Below, piece after piece: positions 1-9,937 of a stretch of 64,000 nt of DNA; within the stretch, counting starts at the first letter, position 1, and every line of letters starts with the position of its first letter. Position numbers and translations under genes: made by a program. Origin of the DNA: an uncultured virus (IMG/VR IMGVR_UViG_3300005920_000007) (lineage: Duplodnaviria; Heunggongvirae; Uroviricota; Caudoviricetes); the IMG/VR virus record IMGVR_UViG_3300005920_000007; one strand, given 5' to 3'. The notes under the pieces were generated by a model. It searched no databases. It had not been told where the DNA came from and worked only from the letters and a program-made list of their open reading frames with translations.

Positions 1-262
1 ACAGTCTTTGCGTATCATCGTTCTTAAATTGAAGAGATGGTGTAATTGGAATTTCCCACCCAGCAGCAACCCTACGTCATCGCGAACCGCTTCACCGTAT
101 CGGTCGACAAGGTACTGTGTTATCGTCTCGTCTATTTTTTTCAACATCATCATCTTTCTTATAGGATTCCGCTTAACAATGGTGGACGCGCATTGTGATA
201 CTGCGGGACAAATAATATATTGTTTATTATATCATCAAAACAAAAAAACTGCACCAAATTTA

Positions 263-308
263 TTGACTTCATACACAGACTTTGAGATACTAGCTCCGTC
301 AACACAAC
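263..308 (+). promoter_or_regulatory. Repeat promoter copy
   Basis: TTGACT-N17-GATACT...GTCAACACAAC. Confidence 0.85.
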
Positions 309-322
309 TAACGGAGTCATCC

Positions 323-1003
323 ATGCCATCATTAAATACCCTTTGGTCTCGCGAGAACATCAACGCACTCTCTGATATGACCAAGAAATTACATGCTGCA
401 CGCACCACCTTAGATACGTACAACTCTTTTGATCAGAGTGAAGCGCCAATACACCTGAAAAACTTCATTTCATATGTGGGCTTGAAAACCATCACCTCAC
501 TGATAAAAAAAGAAATCAAAGATGCCGCCATTTTAGATACTGTGCTTAACACTATTTCTGAAGGCATTGCTGAGTTTGCCGATGGTAAAGACCAAGCGGT
601 CAAACTTATCCGAAAGCGCATCGACAATGACACCAATGGCAATAACCATTATGCCAACATCCTTCGCTTCACCAGCACCGCGTCCGGCGACACCACGGTG
701 GAACTGTTGGGTGTTATTTTTTACGAGCGGGATGTGCACGGTTATAATCTTGAGGTATCTCAATTCAACTGTGAACACGCGGGAGTTTACCTAAACGGCG
801 AAAAAATTACCATTGACACCGACCAATTTGGTGATTCACCACTGTTAACTAAGCTCGGTGCCTTCTCGGAACGCTGTGAAGATGATGAAGACTGCCCTTA
901 TTTCCCAGATAAACCTACGATAGAGGAATACAACGCCGCTCGCTTGCTGTTTTCTGATACCCAGTCGATTAGAGAGGCACTACTCTCTTTACCGCAACGC
1001 TAA
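323..1003 (+). CDS. hypothetical protein
   Basis: Start moved to the ATG after the repeat promoter and GGAG RBS. Confidence 0.75.
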   Translation: MPSLNTLWSRENINALSDMTKKLHAARTTLDTYNSFDQSEAPIHLKNFISYVGLKTITSLIKKEIKDAAILDTVLNTISEGIAEFADGKDQAVKLIRKRIDNDTNGNNHYANILRFTSTASGDTTVELLGVIFYERDVHGYNLEVSQFNCEHAGVYLNGEKITIDTDQFGDSPLLTKLGAFSERCEDDEDCPYFPDKPTIEEYNAARLLFSDTQSIREALLSLPQR

Positions 1004-1070
1004 TACAGGCTCTGAGGGCAAGGCGAACGTCTTGCCTTTTCTGCTTAACTTACCCAAGGAACTACTGCTC

Positions 1071-1385
1071 ATGTCGTATTCACTACTCACTGAAATAGAT
1101 GACATCGAAAACCGCGTTCGCAATATCATCGTCGACTTAAGAGAACGTCATAACCAGGATTCGCTGCCTGACGTTGGTAGCGCACCAACTGATCAACCTC
1201 TTTTTTTATTTCCTCAGGGAGATCACCTGCCTGAGTTACTTATTGATGGATACCCTGTTGTGGCGGCGAGTGAAGATTATGTTTTTACTAACAGCGAGTA
1301 TCCTGGTCAAATGGATCTTGCTTCATTTGTGGAAGACAATCTTAAAGCGTTGGCTGAGGTGTTGGATTTTTGCCGTGGCGTATAA
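1071..1385 (+). CDS. hypothetical acidic protein
   Basis: AAGGA RBS, ORF. Confidence 0.7.
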   Translation: MSYSLLTEIDDIENRVRNIIVDLRERHNQDSLPDVGSAPTDQPLFLFPQGDHLPELLIDGYPVVAASEDYVFTNSEYPGQMDLASFVEDNLKALAEVLDFCRGV

Positions 1386-1442
1386 GATTTCACCACGCTA
1401 AAGGATGACGCTAATGCCACTGTGTCGTTTGAGGCCGACTCG

Positions 1443-1482
1443 GTCAATAAAAAAACCTGCCTAGCGCAGGTTTTTTATTGAC
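1443..1482. terminator. Bidirectional intrinsic terminator
   Basis: A-tract, CCTGC/GCAGG stem, T-tract. Confidence 0.8.
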
Positions 1483-1509
1483 TTTTTACGTGTATATAGT
1501 ATCCTTCTT

Positions 1510-1711
1510 TTTGTGAGATGCACTTGCTTTGCATGTGTCAGTCATCTCATGGGGCAGCTCCCCTCTACGACCCACCCGCTAACCGGGTTACGCATAAGCG
1601 TCACTGGAAAACCGCCAGCAACACTCTTTATTGACACCGGACATTATCATGGTGGCAAGGAGGAACGGGTCGGACTCTACCATGCCACAACATTGATAGG
1701 ACGGTATCCTT
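1510..1711 (+). ncRNA. Structured leader A (pseudoknot leader family)
   Basis: Promoter TTGACT at 1478; CGACCC 1568-1573 pairs with GGGTCG 1667-1672 in the loop of hairpin CATGGTGG/CTACCATG; GGAAC at 1662. Confidence 0.7.
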
Positions 1712-2383
1712 ATGCAAATTACATTTTCGCTTCGCAACAACAACCTTGTCATTGATAGCACACAGAGTTTAGACGACTTTTCCGCCGCATTCGCTGACCT
1801 CACAAAGCTGAAGAAGACGCACGTCAAAAGTACGCTGAGTAAGCTGTTAGGTCATAATCACATCAAGGCGCTTGAGAGCGTACTAACACCACTCCAGGAT
1901 TCACCACTTGCCCCTCTTTCGGACAAAACAATGAAAGGTCTTCAAGATCTTTACTGGTGGCTTGATGACAACATCGACATGAACACTGAGATGTATTTTG
2001 ATAGCCATGGTGAGGTTGACTCAAAAGCGTTGCAGGACATGTTATCGCCTTTGTTTGATATGATGCGACAACAACAGGCATCAGGTAAACCTATCACGAA
2101 CCGTGCAGAGGAAATCACCGCTAAACGCGATGGTATACTTTCCGACATGACGAAACATGCCCTTCAGCATGCGGATGTCGACAGCGAAACGCAGTTGGAG
2201 ACAAAGCATTATCACGCGGTTCAGGATGACGTTGAAGCGCTCAATCGAAAATTGTTTAACCATGATGATTATGGGAAAGCCTTGGCGCTACTTGAACGTG
2301 AGGGCATGCAAGATTTTGCAAACCTTCTTGCCGAGATGACAGAAACGAAAACGGCAGAGGATCACATCGCGCATACACTGTAG
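1712..2383 (+). CDS. Leader-associated family protein A
   Basis: Motif KKTHVKSTLSKLLGHNHIKAL; clear paralog of 53431-54045. Confidence 0.8.
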   Translation: MQITFSLRNNNLVIDSTQSLDDFSAAFADLTKLKKTHVKSTLSKLLGHNHIKALESVLTPLQDSPLAPLSDKTMKGLQDLYWWLDDNIDMNTEMYFDSHGEVDSKALQDMLSPLFDMMRQQQASGKPITNRAEEITAKRDGILSDMTKHALQHADVDSETQLETKHYHAVQDDVEALNRKLFNHDDYGKALALLEREGMQDFANLLAEMTETKTAEDHIAHTL

Positions 2384-2406
2384 CACCATGCTATCGCCAA
2401 TCACTT

Positions 2407-2431
2407 AAAGCCCGTACATACGGGCTTTTTT
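2407..2431 (+). terminator. Intrinsic terminator
   Basis: AAAGCCCGT/ACGGGCTTT plus T-tract. Confidence 0.85.
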
Positions 2432-2507
2432 ATTTTTGGTTATTTTCAATAACTACATATTTTTCTGATTTATATTGACATCACTCACAGACGGTGAGAT
2501 AATCATT

Positions 2508-2735
2508 ATACCTGCTCGACCCTACACTGCGGTGCGTGGTAACAGCAGAGGGAGGCTCCAGACCTTCGTCGCATCTCAGGTGCAACAGTACACAGTACCG
2601 TCGCACTCATGGCTAATACTGGCAACGTCTTCACTTAATAAAGACAACACACCCCTTTTTCGACATAACGTTACTTGACGAGTCGCAATTGGAACGAGAT
2701 GCACAATGATGATTACGACTCACTTGGAGAATGAT
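2508..2735 (+). ncRNA. Structured leader B
   Basis: Promoter TTGACA(2475)-N17-GATAAT; GCATCTC 2571-2577 pairs with GAGATGC 2696-2702 after GGAAC in hairpin GAGTCG/CGACTC. Confidence 0.7.
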
Positions 2736-3386
2736 ATGTCTACACCTGTTACTATCTTGGGCGCTGATCGCGCCACGTTAATGAACAACACCCGACGCGC
2801 ACTGGAAGGATTCCAAAAAGGACGTCCTGTTACGCGTGATGCATTGGTGAGAAAAGCGCTGGCCACCATCTTAGGGCAAGATAATGAGCACCTCCCTACC
2901 GCGGACTTCTCAATTAATAATGCCTCACTGGAGACACGCTTGCGTAACGCTATGGCGCCACTTACGTTTTTGCAAGACTGGGGCACTGGGGATGACGAGT
3001 ACCTTGATTTAAACTTTGAAGCGCGCGCGTGGGATGCCAATGCAGAGAAGGATGACATTACCGTCGACTACCGCATCAGCTTCCATATTCCGGGCAAATA
3101 CGCCTATTTCATTATCGGTAAAAATTATGGTAGTGGGATGGTCGGTGCCATTGAAATCCCGCTCTCACACCTGCCTTACGCGCCGATGTTATTGCTTGAA
3201 GGCAGCCGCGATGCGCAGTGGCTCGACGAGTCAGAGATTTTTGTTGGCATCGAAAAGATGTTGGATGTTTACCATGCCATTTGCGCCGACCCATTGCTAA
3301 AAGAAGTTTTTATCGATAACCGCCCTGCACTTTCTCTTAAATCCGCGAAAGATGTAGTCACAACATCGCACAGCGAGGTGCGTTGA
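2736..3386 (+). CDS. Leader-associated family protein B
   Basis: GGAG RBS; motif RDALVRKALATILGQDNEH. Confidence 0.8.
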   Translation: MSTPVTILGADRATLMNNTRRALEGFQKGRPVTRDALVRKALATILGQDNEHLPTADFSINNASLETRLRNAMAPLTFLQDWGTGDDEYLDLNFEARAWDANAEKDDITVDYRISFHIPGKYAYFIIGKNYGSGMVGAIEIPLSHLPYAPMLLLEGSRDAQWLDESEIFVGIEKMLDVYHAICADPLLKEVFIDNRPALSLKSAKDVVTTSHSEVR

Positions 3387-3387
3387 T

Positions 3388-3978
3388 ATGAGCAGCATAC
3401 TGCTTCATGAGAACAACCAAAGATTAGTGTATGACGATGCCACCTTAACGTGGGTGGCACCGCAAACCCAATACCCACTCATTAACCCTCATTCTCAGCT
3501 TCCGGCCATCCCTAGCCCCCGGCATAAGCATGAGATTGTGGGCACATTAACAATTCGGGTTTATGATACACGCTCACGTAAAGTAGAGCTTTTCCCCTTG
3601 GCATTACGCCAGGGGGTAATACATACGCCAAAACGCTGCTATGTCGGTGCAAGCTTAACGCTTGACGCTGTCAATAAGATGGGAATGTGGCTAAAATCCT
3701 GCGGAATTAACCATGAGTGGTCGCATCGCTATGTGACAAACATCATCCAAGCACTCAATCACGGCGATGTGCTATGTGGCGAAATTGAAGCCATCTACCG
3801 CAAAAAGAAACCCAATCCATCTGGAAAGCTTTATTTTGACCGCGCCGCCTACGAGTCTCGCCCGACCATTTTGACGTGGGGGGTTAACGTTGACCCACCA
3901 CGCCAACGCGCATGCTCACCCTTGTTGACGTTGGCGGTAAACAACAGTAAAACCATTGACAACGCTCACACCTTGTGA
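3388..3978 (+). CDS. hypothetical protein
   Basis: ORF coupled to the upstream gene, GAGG RBS. Confidence 0.7.
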   Translation: MSSILLHENNQRLVYDDATLTWVAPQTQYPLINPHSQLPAIPSPRHKHEIVGTLTIRVYDTRSRKVELFPLALRQGVIHTPKRCYVGASLTLDAVNKMGMWLKSCGINHEWSHRYVTNIIQALNHGDVLCGEIEAIYRKKKPNPSGKLYFDRAAYESRPTILTWGVNVDPPRQRACSPLLTLAVNNSKTIDNAHTL

Positions 3979-4017
3979 GACACTGACATTGTCAACACAA
4001 CGGTTAGAGAACCCATT

Positions 4018-4653
4018 ATGAATCAACCAACATGCGCTTCCATTTTGTCATACGCACCCACAGGCTGTCCGTCTCACTTACCATCCGCAGCAGGGGATGT
4101 TGATTTATATTTCAACACAGGCGCGCGCCATCATCGTTTTCACGCATTTGCGCTGCTAGATGGCAATCAGCTGACAAGCGTTGAGTTTTCACGTTGTCGT
4201 ACGCATTGCAAGCACAGTGAAGAAAGGCTTAACGCCGTTGTCAAAAGCTATCAGTCATATGACAAAAAGCTGGCTCGACAGTACCCTTTTGCCTACGGAT
4301 TTTTCGCTCACGCTGAGGCAGATACACCGTCACCTAAGGACGCATACCTTGACGACCACCAATTCTCGCTTGAGCTCATTGACGCCGAAACAACCATTGA
4401 TTATTACTGTTGCAGCGTCCCTGTCGCATTAGAGCATGGACGCCAAGGCTACCGACACTACCACAGCCTCCATCTTGTTTTTCATGAGAAGGGGAAGGAG
4501 TATGCTTACTCTCTCTTTGATGCGTCTCTGTGTCGTGACGCGATCCAACGCTACAATCAATGCGTGAAAGGCACTCGACGCTCACCTAAGTGCGCTGACG
4601 ACGGTTCACTACCACAGCACTTCTGCCCTGAAACTTACGCGCTGCAACATTAA
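4018..4653 (+). CDS. hypothetical Cys/His-rich protein
   Basis: Follows repeat copy 3956. Confidence 0.7.
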   Translation: MNQPTCASILSYAPTGCPSHLPSAAGDVDLYFNTGARHHRFHAFALLDGNQLTSVEFSRCRTHCKHSEERLNAVVKSYQSYDKKLARQYPFAYGFFAHAEADTPSPKDAYLDDHQFSLELIDAETTIDYYCCSVPVALEHGRQGYRHYHSLHLVFHEKGKEYAYSLFDASLCRDAIQRYNQCVKGTRRSPKCADDGSLPQHFCPETYALQH

Positions 4654-4672
4654 CTTTGATAAGGATTAAACC

Positions 4673-4975
4673 ATGCCTACACTAAAGGACTGCATCATTA
4701 CTGCGCCCAGCACAGGCGCGTGTGAAATTGATATAGAAAAAGCTAAAAAGTACTTCGATAAACACTGTTTCATCTCAAAGTGGCAAGGCGAGAAAGGCGA
4801 TGAATATCGACTGGTGAGAACCAAAGCCAATGCGCGAAATTTCAATCACGTCAAGGTCACCATCAGCGAAGAAGATGCATTAACCATCATCGACGCCCTT
4901 AACATGTACGAAATCACAAGCCGCATGTTTAACCGCGGCTCAACATTCCACGCGCCGCAGGACTCAGATTTTTAG
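4673..4975 (+). CDS. hypothetical protein
   Basis: AAGGA RBS. Confidence 0.75.
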   Translation: MPTLKDCIITAPSTGACEIDIEKAKKYFDKHCFISKWQGEKGDEYRLVRTKANARNFNHVKVTISEEDALTIIDALNMYEITSRMFNRGSTFHAPQDSDF

Positions 4976-5035
4976 ATATTGACTTTGCACACAGCATGTG
5001 AGACACTAGCACTGTCAACACATCAGAAAAAAACA

Positions 5036-5344
5036 ATGCCAAAAACAACCAAAGAGCAACTTGCCGCCATCAAATCGGACTACGAGTACGTTAAACGCAC
5101 GTATGGTGACGTCATTGATTTTACAGGCTCTGGCATGGAATCGACCCAGCTTGACAATATGCTAAAATCGCCCTGCAATGAAACGGCATTCGATTGTTTC
5201 AGAGAGCGCCTTATCTCCCTTTTTGAAGATGGCTATGAAGAGTCAGACAGGCAGTCTCGTGCATTGCCTTACTTCGATGACGAGCGGCTGCAAACCATTG
5301 GTGAGCGCTATTTGCTCCCCATTCCCGCGATTGATATTCAGTAA
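5036..5344 (+). CDS. hypothetical protein
   Basis: Follows repeat copy 4979; start corrected. Confidence 0.7.
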   Translation: MPKTTKEQLAAIKSDYEYVKRTYGDVIDFTGSGMESTQLDNMLKSPCNETAFDCFRERLISLFEDGYEESDRQSRALPYFDDERLQTIGERYLLPIPAIDIQ

Positions 5345-5364
5345 CGCGCGCGGAGAGATGAACT

Positions 5365-5529
5365 GTGCTATCAGAACACGATGTAAACACTTTAAAACAG
5401 CATCTTGAAGTAGGTAACTGGGTGAGTTGGAATGGTGGATACGGCATTGTAACTGCCCTTGATGACAAGTGCGTCTATGTCAGTGAAAACGCCATTGCGT
5501 GGCATAATATCACCTACGCCAAACGTTAA
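5365..5529 (+). CDS. small hypothetical protein (54 aa)
   Basis: GGAGAG RBS, GTG start; below the ORF-track cutoff. Confidence 0.45.
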   Translation: MLSEHDVNTLKQHLEVGNWVSWNGGYGIVTALDDKCVYVSENAIAWHNITYAKR

Positions 5530-5674
5530 TCTTTACGCGTAAAATTAATTGCGAGAACTGGCGTCACAATGCTTTCTTTTGTGATACCATCTTTTTCATC
5601 AACGATGATAAGGGCTGGCAGGAAGCAACGTCCATGAAAACCTGCCGCAAAGCAAACGACTATGCGAGGGCATT

Positions 5675-6175
5675 ATGACGGACAAAACAGCAACACTACT
5701 TTCACTCTTTCCTGGCGACATTAGCCGCACTCACGAGCAATATCAAACGATTAAAACGGGGCGCGCGCCATCACTTACGCAAGATGTATTTATTGCAAAC
5801 ATCCTTCGCGGCGTACAGCAGCATTCGCACGCACATCTTGGCAAAGCGGCCCTTTTATTGTCAGCAGATAAGGCCATTCCTCAAAAAGAAGGCATGACGT
5901 TTCTGGATGCCGCTATTACAACAACAACAGCAGCCATCTTCAGTTACGTTGTTGGTGTGCTCCACAGCGATGATGTGCCAGAGCGCATTGATGACATCAC
6001 AGCGACCACATGGAAATACATGGATAAAGAGCCGTCTAATAACATTGATACGAAAGCACTAGCGACACTTGAAGCACTCGAAGAAGACACCAACGAACGC
6101 ATCTTTACAGAGTCTGAAATTCAAGCAGAGCTTCGTGCGATGGCGGATGGCTGCGGGGGCGCTTGCACCATATAG
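5675..6175 (+). CDS. hypothetical protein with C-terminal GCGGACTI tail
   Basis: GAGG RBS; tail shared with 51588-52073. Confidence 0.75.
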   Translation: MTDKTATLLSLFPGDISRTHEQYQTIKTGRAPSLTQDVFIANILRGVQQHSHAHLGKAALLLSADKAIPQKEGMTFLDAAITTTTAAIFSYVVGVLHSDDVPERIDDITATTWKYMDKEPSNNIDTKALATLEALEEDTNERIFTESEIQAELRAMADGCGGACTI

Positions 6176-6277
6176 CGCGGCCAATTTGCACACTAATAAA
6201 ACAAAGTTTTCTTGACAACACACACTGTTTTTGAGATACTAATTCTGCCAACACAACAGATAACAAAGGAAACATTT

Positions 6278-6871
6278 ATGGCCACTAAGGGCGTAAACAA
6301 AGTCATCCTTGTAGGTAATCTTGGGAACGATCCTGAGGTTCGCTACATGCCTAACGGCAATGCCGTTGCCAACTTAAGTCTAGCAACAAGCGAAAGCTGG
6401 AAAGATCAGCAGGGTCAAGTTCAGGAACGCACTGAATGGCACCGACTTACCATGTATCGCCGACTGGCTGAGATTGCTGGTGAATACCTGAAAAAAGGTT
6501 CACAAATTTACGTTGAAGGTAAACTTCAAACGCGCAAATGGCAAGATCAGCAGGGCCAAGACAGGTACACCACTGAAATCATTGTCGATCAGATGCAAAT
6601 GCTCGGCGGTCGCAATAACAATGGTGGCGGCAACCAAGGCAATAACCAAAATCAAGGTGGTTACAACCAGAACCAAGGCGGCGGTAATCAAGGTGGTTAC
6701 AACCAAAACCAAGGCGGCGGTAATCAAGGTGGTTACAACCAGAACCAAGGCGGCAATAATGGCGGTGGCAACCAAGGTGGCGGTAATCAAAATCAAGGCG
6801 GTCAGAACGCTGGTAAGAACCCACCTATGGCAGAACCAGATTTTGACTTTGATGACGATATTCCTTTTTAG
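6278..6871 (+). CDS. ssb: single-stranded DNA-binding protein
   Basis: [32 protein letters not shown] acidic tip. Confidence 0.98.
   Translation: MATKGVNKVILVGNLGNDPEVRYMPNGNAVANLSLATSESWKDQQGQVQERTEWHRLTMYRRLAEIAGEYLKKGSQIYVEGKLQTRKWQDQQGQDRYTTEIIVDQMQMLGGRNNNGGGNQGNNQNQGGYNQNQGGGNQGGYNQNQGGGNQGGYNQNQGGNNGGGNQGGGNQNQGGQNAGKNPPMAEPDFDFDDDIPF
6615..6805 (+). repeat. Coding tandem repeats in the SSB linker (33-bp [16 protein letters not shown] units)
   Basis: Repeated aatcaaggtggttacaacca. Confidence 0.85.
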
Positions 6872-7146
6872 CGAAGGTTAAGTTATTGATTTATAAGGTT
6901 TTTTGAGGGGCGGACTCCCACCCACTACCTGCCCCTCACCCTCCCCCGCTACACCAAACAATAATACCAAAAACACAAAGATGCACCGACTACAGAAGAA
7001 ATACTTGTCGCCAAATACAACAGCGCAATGTTCCAAATATCGACTTCACTACCTTTTCTTCCTCGTGTCTCCATTTTTAGCGCGAGGCATTGACAACCAT
7101 CGCAGATTTTGAGATACTAATCCTGTCAACACAACAGGAGAATGAC

Positions 7147-7554
7147 ATGCCTAAAATCACCCACATTGATAAGAGCAACGCACGTGATGTTGCTAATATT
7201 ATTAGAGATAAACTGAGCGAACTTAAAAACGAGTACGGTCTGACTGTCACGCTAGAAGGAAGTATGACACTTCAAGCGGATGGGTCCGGCATGTCGTCAA
7301 AAATCAATATTGCGGCTGACGTCAATAGAGAAGACATAGAGGCTCAGGCCAAGGCGGATTGGGCGCTTTACGCACCACGCTTCGACCTTCCTGCCGATGG
7401 TTACGGTACGGTGCTTATTATTAACAACAAGCAGTACACTGCCGCTGGCATTAAACCCAACCGACCTAAGAACTCATTGGTTATCAGGGATGTCAAAACA
7501 GGCGAAACCCGCATTGGTCCACCTTCGCTTTTTCATACCTGCAAAGTGGCGTAA
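7147..7554 (+). CDS. hypothetical protein
   Basis: Follows repeat copy 7090, AGGAG RBS. Confidence 0.8.
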   Translation: MPKITHIDKSNARDVANIIRDKLSELKNEYGLTVTLEGSMTLQADGSGMSSKINIAADVNREDIEAQAKADWALYAPRFDLPADGYGTVLIINNKQYTAAGIKPNRPKNSLVIRDVKTGETRIGPPSLFHTCKVA

Positions 7555-7623
7555 CCACACAACAAGAGGTGTCCTACGTAGGCCCCTCTCCCTACTTTTA
7601 GAACAAAACATTCAGGTAACACC

Positions 7624-7980
7624 ATGAATATGGAAGACGTTAAAGCAATGACTGAGGGTGAATCTCTCAACACTCCTATGGCACTATCTGTGGCCGATGC
7701 GGTGTATGCAAAAGGCTGGTGGATCGCTATTCCTAGCGACGGTGCGGAAGCGACGCTTGATGACGCAAAAGCGGCCATCAAAAAGGTTGACGGTGCCGCT
7801 ATTGATGTGGTTGTTCCGTTTGAACCTGATTATTGCGATAGCGTTCGCGTGAGCGGCACTGACGACGGTGTGTTTTCTGTTTACGTGTTGTGTAATACGG
7901 CGACACCGAGCTACACCTGCTCACTAGAAACGCTAACGGGCACCATCTGGAAAGCTGTTACTGAGTACAACAACCGCTGA
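7624..7980 (+). CDS. hypothetical protein
   Basis: AGGT RBS, ORF. Confidence 0.7.
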   Translation: MNMEDVKAMTEGESLNTPMALSVADAVYAKGWWIAIPSDGAEATLDDAKAAIKKVDGAAIDVVVPFEPDYCDSVRVSGTDDGVFSVYVLCNTATPSYTCSLETLTGTIWKAVTEYNNR

Positions 7981-8010
7981 GTGTAATGCTCACACTATCG
8001 GAGATAAGCG

Positions 8011-8355
8011 ATGTCATCAGCTCTATTAAGACAACTGCCAATGCCTGCACTGAAACGCTTACTTAAGCAATGTGGCATTCCATCTGAAAAAGGTGACATC
8101 GAAAAAACGTTCAATGTTGCGATCACTTTTAGTAGCAATAATAATGGCGAGATGTTCGCCACGGTGGATACGCGAACGGCGGATGATCTTTGGTGGATAG
8201 AAAATAAGCACAACCTTAAACATGCTGTGCGATGGCGTGAGTCATGCCACTCTAAGTACATTTTCACCAATTTTGCAGACACCTATGAGCGCGCCATGTT
8301 TATCGCCGTTATTGATGCTGTTAAGCCGGAGACATGCGCAATGCACCTTACTTAA
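8011..8355 (+). CDS. hypothetical protein
   Basis: GGAG RBS. Confidence 0.7.
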   Translation: MSSALLRQLPMPALKRLLKQCGIPSEKGDIEKTFNVAITFSSNNNGEMFATVDTRTADDLWWIENKHNLKHAVRWRESCHSKYIFTNFADTYERAMFIAVIDAVKPETCAMHLT

Positions 8356-8459
8356 TCGGTGGTGCATCATTCGTTTTCAACGGCAGATAGGCGTATTATC
8401 TGTTGACAAAAAACACAGGTTGTGCGAACCTGTTTTAGTCAACACAAATGGACCGCATT

Positions 8460-9425
8460 ATGGCGTTAACAGAGAAAGACAAGAAGCTATTAATAAACAA
8501 GCCTAACCGACACTTTGCTCGAACTGGCGACGGCATGGGCGTACGCATGATAGTGTGCAGCGCAACGCAAGCCATCCTTGATGTCTACGAAAGCGAACGT
8601 GACAATATTCAAGGCGAGCTGATCATTGTTCGTAACCGAAAGGATGAAACCCTGGCGGCCTCCGCGCAAAACAGTGCCTGCAACGCCTTATTGGTCTTCA
8701 CTTATCAACCTGACAGTTATTTTACATCGACTTGTTATGAAGTTACGCTATCCGATGCGCTACGCAAGCGTGCGTTAACTGATTACTTACCACGGGAACC
8801 TATGATGTCGCCAACAGAATTTATGCCGCCTTTATTGTGGTTGCTACCGCAGGAAAAATACCGTTTTTACTTTTCACAAACCAGCAAGAATGCTTCAGGC
8901 AGTCAAAAAACCAACTCGCGTCAGAGCGGGATGGAAATCGCCGTCAGTGCAGCCGACATGGTGGCCTACGTCGGCAAGGCTATCCCAGAACATTTACGTC
9001 ACCTTACTCACGTACAGAACGCGCAAGGGGCATTTATTTGGAGTGCAAAACACGGTTGGGAAAACGAGTGGTTTGTTGAACTTGTTGGACAGTGGGTCGC
9101 GCTGATTGATGCGGATATGGAGGTTAATAACCAGAGCATTGAATCCCTTGCCCAGAATAATGTTAGCCTACCTTATTGTCTTGACTGTGTGTTTGACGAC
9201 ACCCCATTTACACCCAAATTTGATATAGGTTTCGACGACGCTACGCAGCGTGTAAAGCTCACCATGAAGCTCAATTGGCCTCTTGATGCTCGGACACCGA
9301 TTGATAGCGCGACCTTGCTGCTGCCAGCAGAACCGCATACGCTGTTTGATGTTCGCCGTAGCGATGGTAAAACTATCCGTGGACGACTTGAAGACGGCCT
9401 ATTACCTAGCGCATTACGCGCATAA
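8460..9425 (+). CDS. hypothetical protein
   Basis: Follows repeat copy 8403. Confidence 0.75.
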   Translation: MALTEKDKKLLINKPNRHFARTGDGMGVRMIVCSATQAILDVYESERDNIQGELIIVRNRKDETLAASAQNSACNALLVFTYQPDSYFTSTCYEVTLSDALRKRALTDYLPREPMMSPTEFMPPLLWLLPQEKYRFYFSQTSKNASGSQKTNSRQSGMEIAVSAADMVAYVGKAIPEHLRHLTHVQNAQGAFIWSAKHGWENEWFVELVGQWVALIDADMEVNNQSIESLAQNNVSLPYCLDCVFDDTPFTPKFDIGFDDATQRVKLTMKLNWPLDARTPIDSATLLLPAEPHTLFDVRRSDGKTIRGRLEDGLLPSALRA

Positions 9426-9444
9426 CGTTATCACTGGAATGCAC

Positions 9445-9660
9445 ATGAAACTTGTCGACCGAATATTGGCCCATTTGCGAACGCAGCCCAATGGAAGCAA
9501 TTCCGATTGGGGGATCATGAACGCGCTTTACCCTGACGCGCAACAAGGCTCTCCATCGAATGGCGCACGCATCGCCAACATCCGGCGAACAGTTCACTCG
9601 CACGAAGACTTATGCTTCTCGCAGAATGACAGTCGAATAGTGCTGCTTATTGAAAGATAA
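9445..9660 (+). CDS. small hypothetical protein, possible winged helix
   Basis: MKLVDRILAHLR...; fold is a guess. Confidence 0.55.
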   Translation: MKLVDRILAHLRTQPNGSNSDWGIMNALYPDAQQGSPSNGARIANIRRTVHSHEDLCFSQNDSRIVLLIER

Positions 9661-9691
9661 GCTCCTTAAACCTCACAATATTTCGTTAACC

Positions 9692-9717
9692 AAAAGCGCC
9701 ATTTTAGGCGTTTTTTT
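9692..9717 (+). terminator. Intrinsic terminator
   Basis: GCGCC/GGCGT plus T-tract. Confidence 0.75.
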
Positions 9718-9752
9718 GTTGACTTTCATGTTCAATACTGCCAAAATGAAAA

Positions 9753-9937
9753 TGCTTCACAGTGATGTGCGGCAAACACAGGTGAGAACCTAGCAGCCTT
9801 CCGGCGCCATGCGCTTGCAAATATCATTAACGATGAACATTACGCTATCATTTAGCAATCCACGTTTACATTATGAACTGTAGCGTGTCATCACCCCGGG
9901 AAGGCAAGAAAAAGACACGCAATACGGAGAATGATGT
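9753..9937 (+). ncRNA. Structured leader C
   Basis: Promoter TTGACT(9719)-N17-CAAAAT; GCCTTCC 9796-9802 pairs with GGAAGGC 9899-9905 in the loop of GCGTGTC/GACACGC. Confidence 0.7.

Noticed and set aside
8..322. N-terminal extension of the first ORF
   Set aside because: It runs through repeat promoter 263; ATG 323 has the RBS. The region may hold the start of a minus-strand gene leaving the window.
1513..1755. Short ORFs over the leaders (1513-1755, 2475-2678, 33861-34046, 54029-54217, and the 55111-55344 extension)
   Set aside because: No good RBS, no shared peptide among leaders, and they overlap promoters or real genes. A short leader peptide cannot be fully excluded.
6500..6881. Repetitive alternative-frame ORFs inside ssb
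   Set aside because: They are shadows of the G/N/Q linker repeats.
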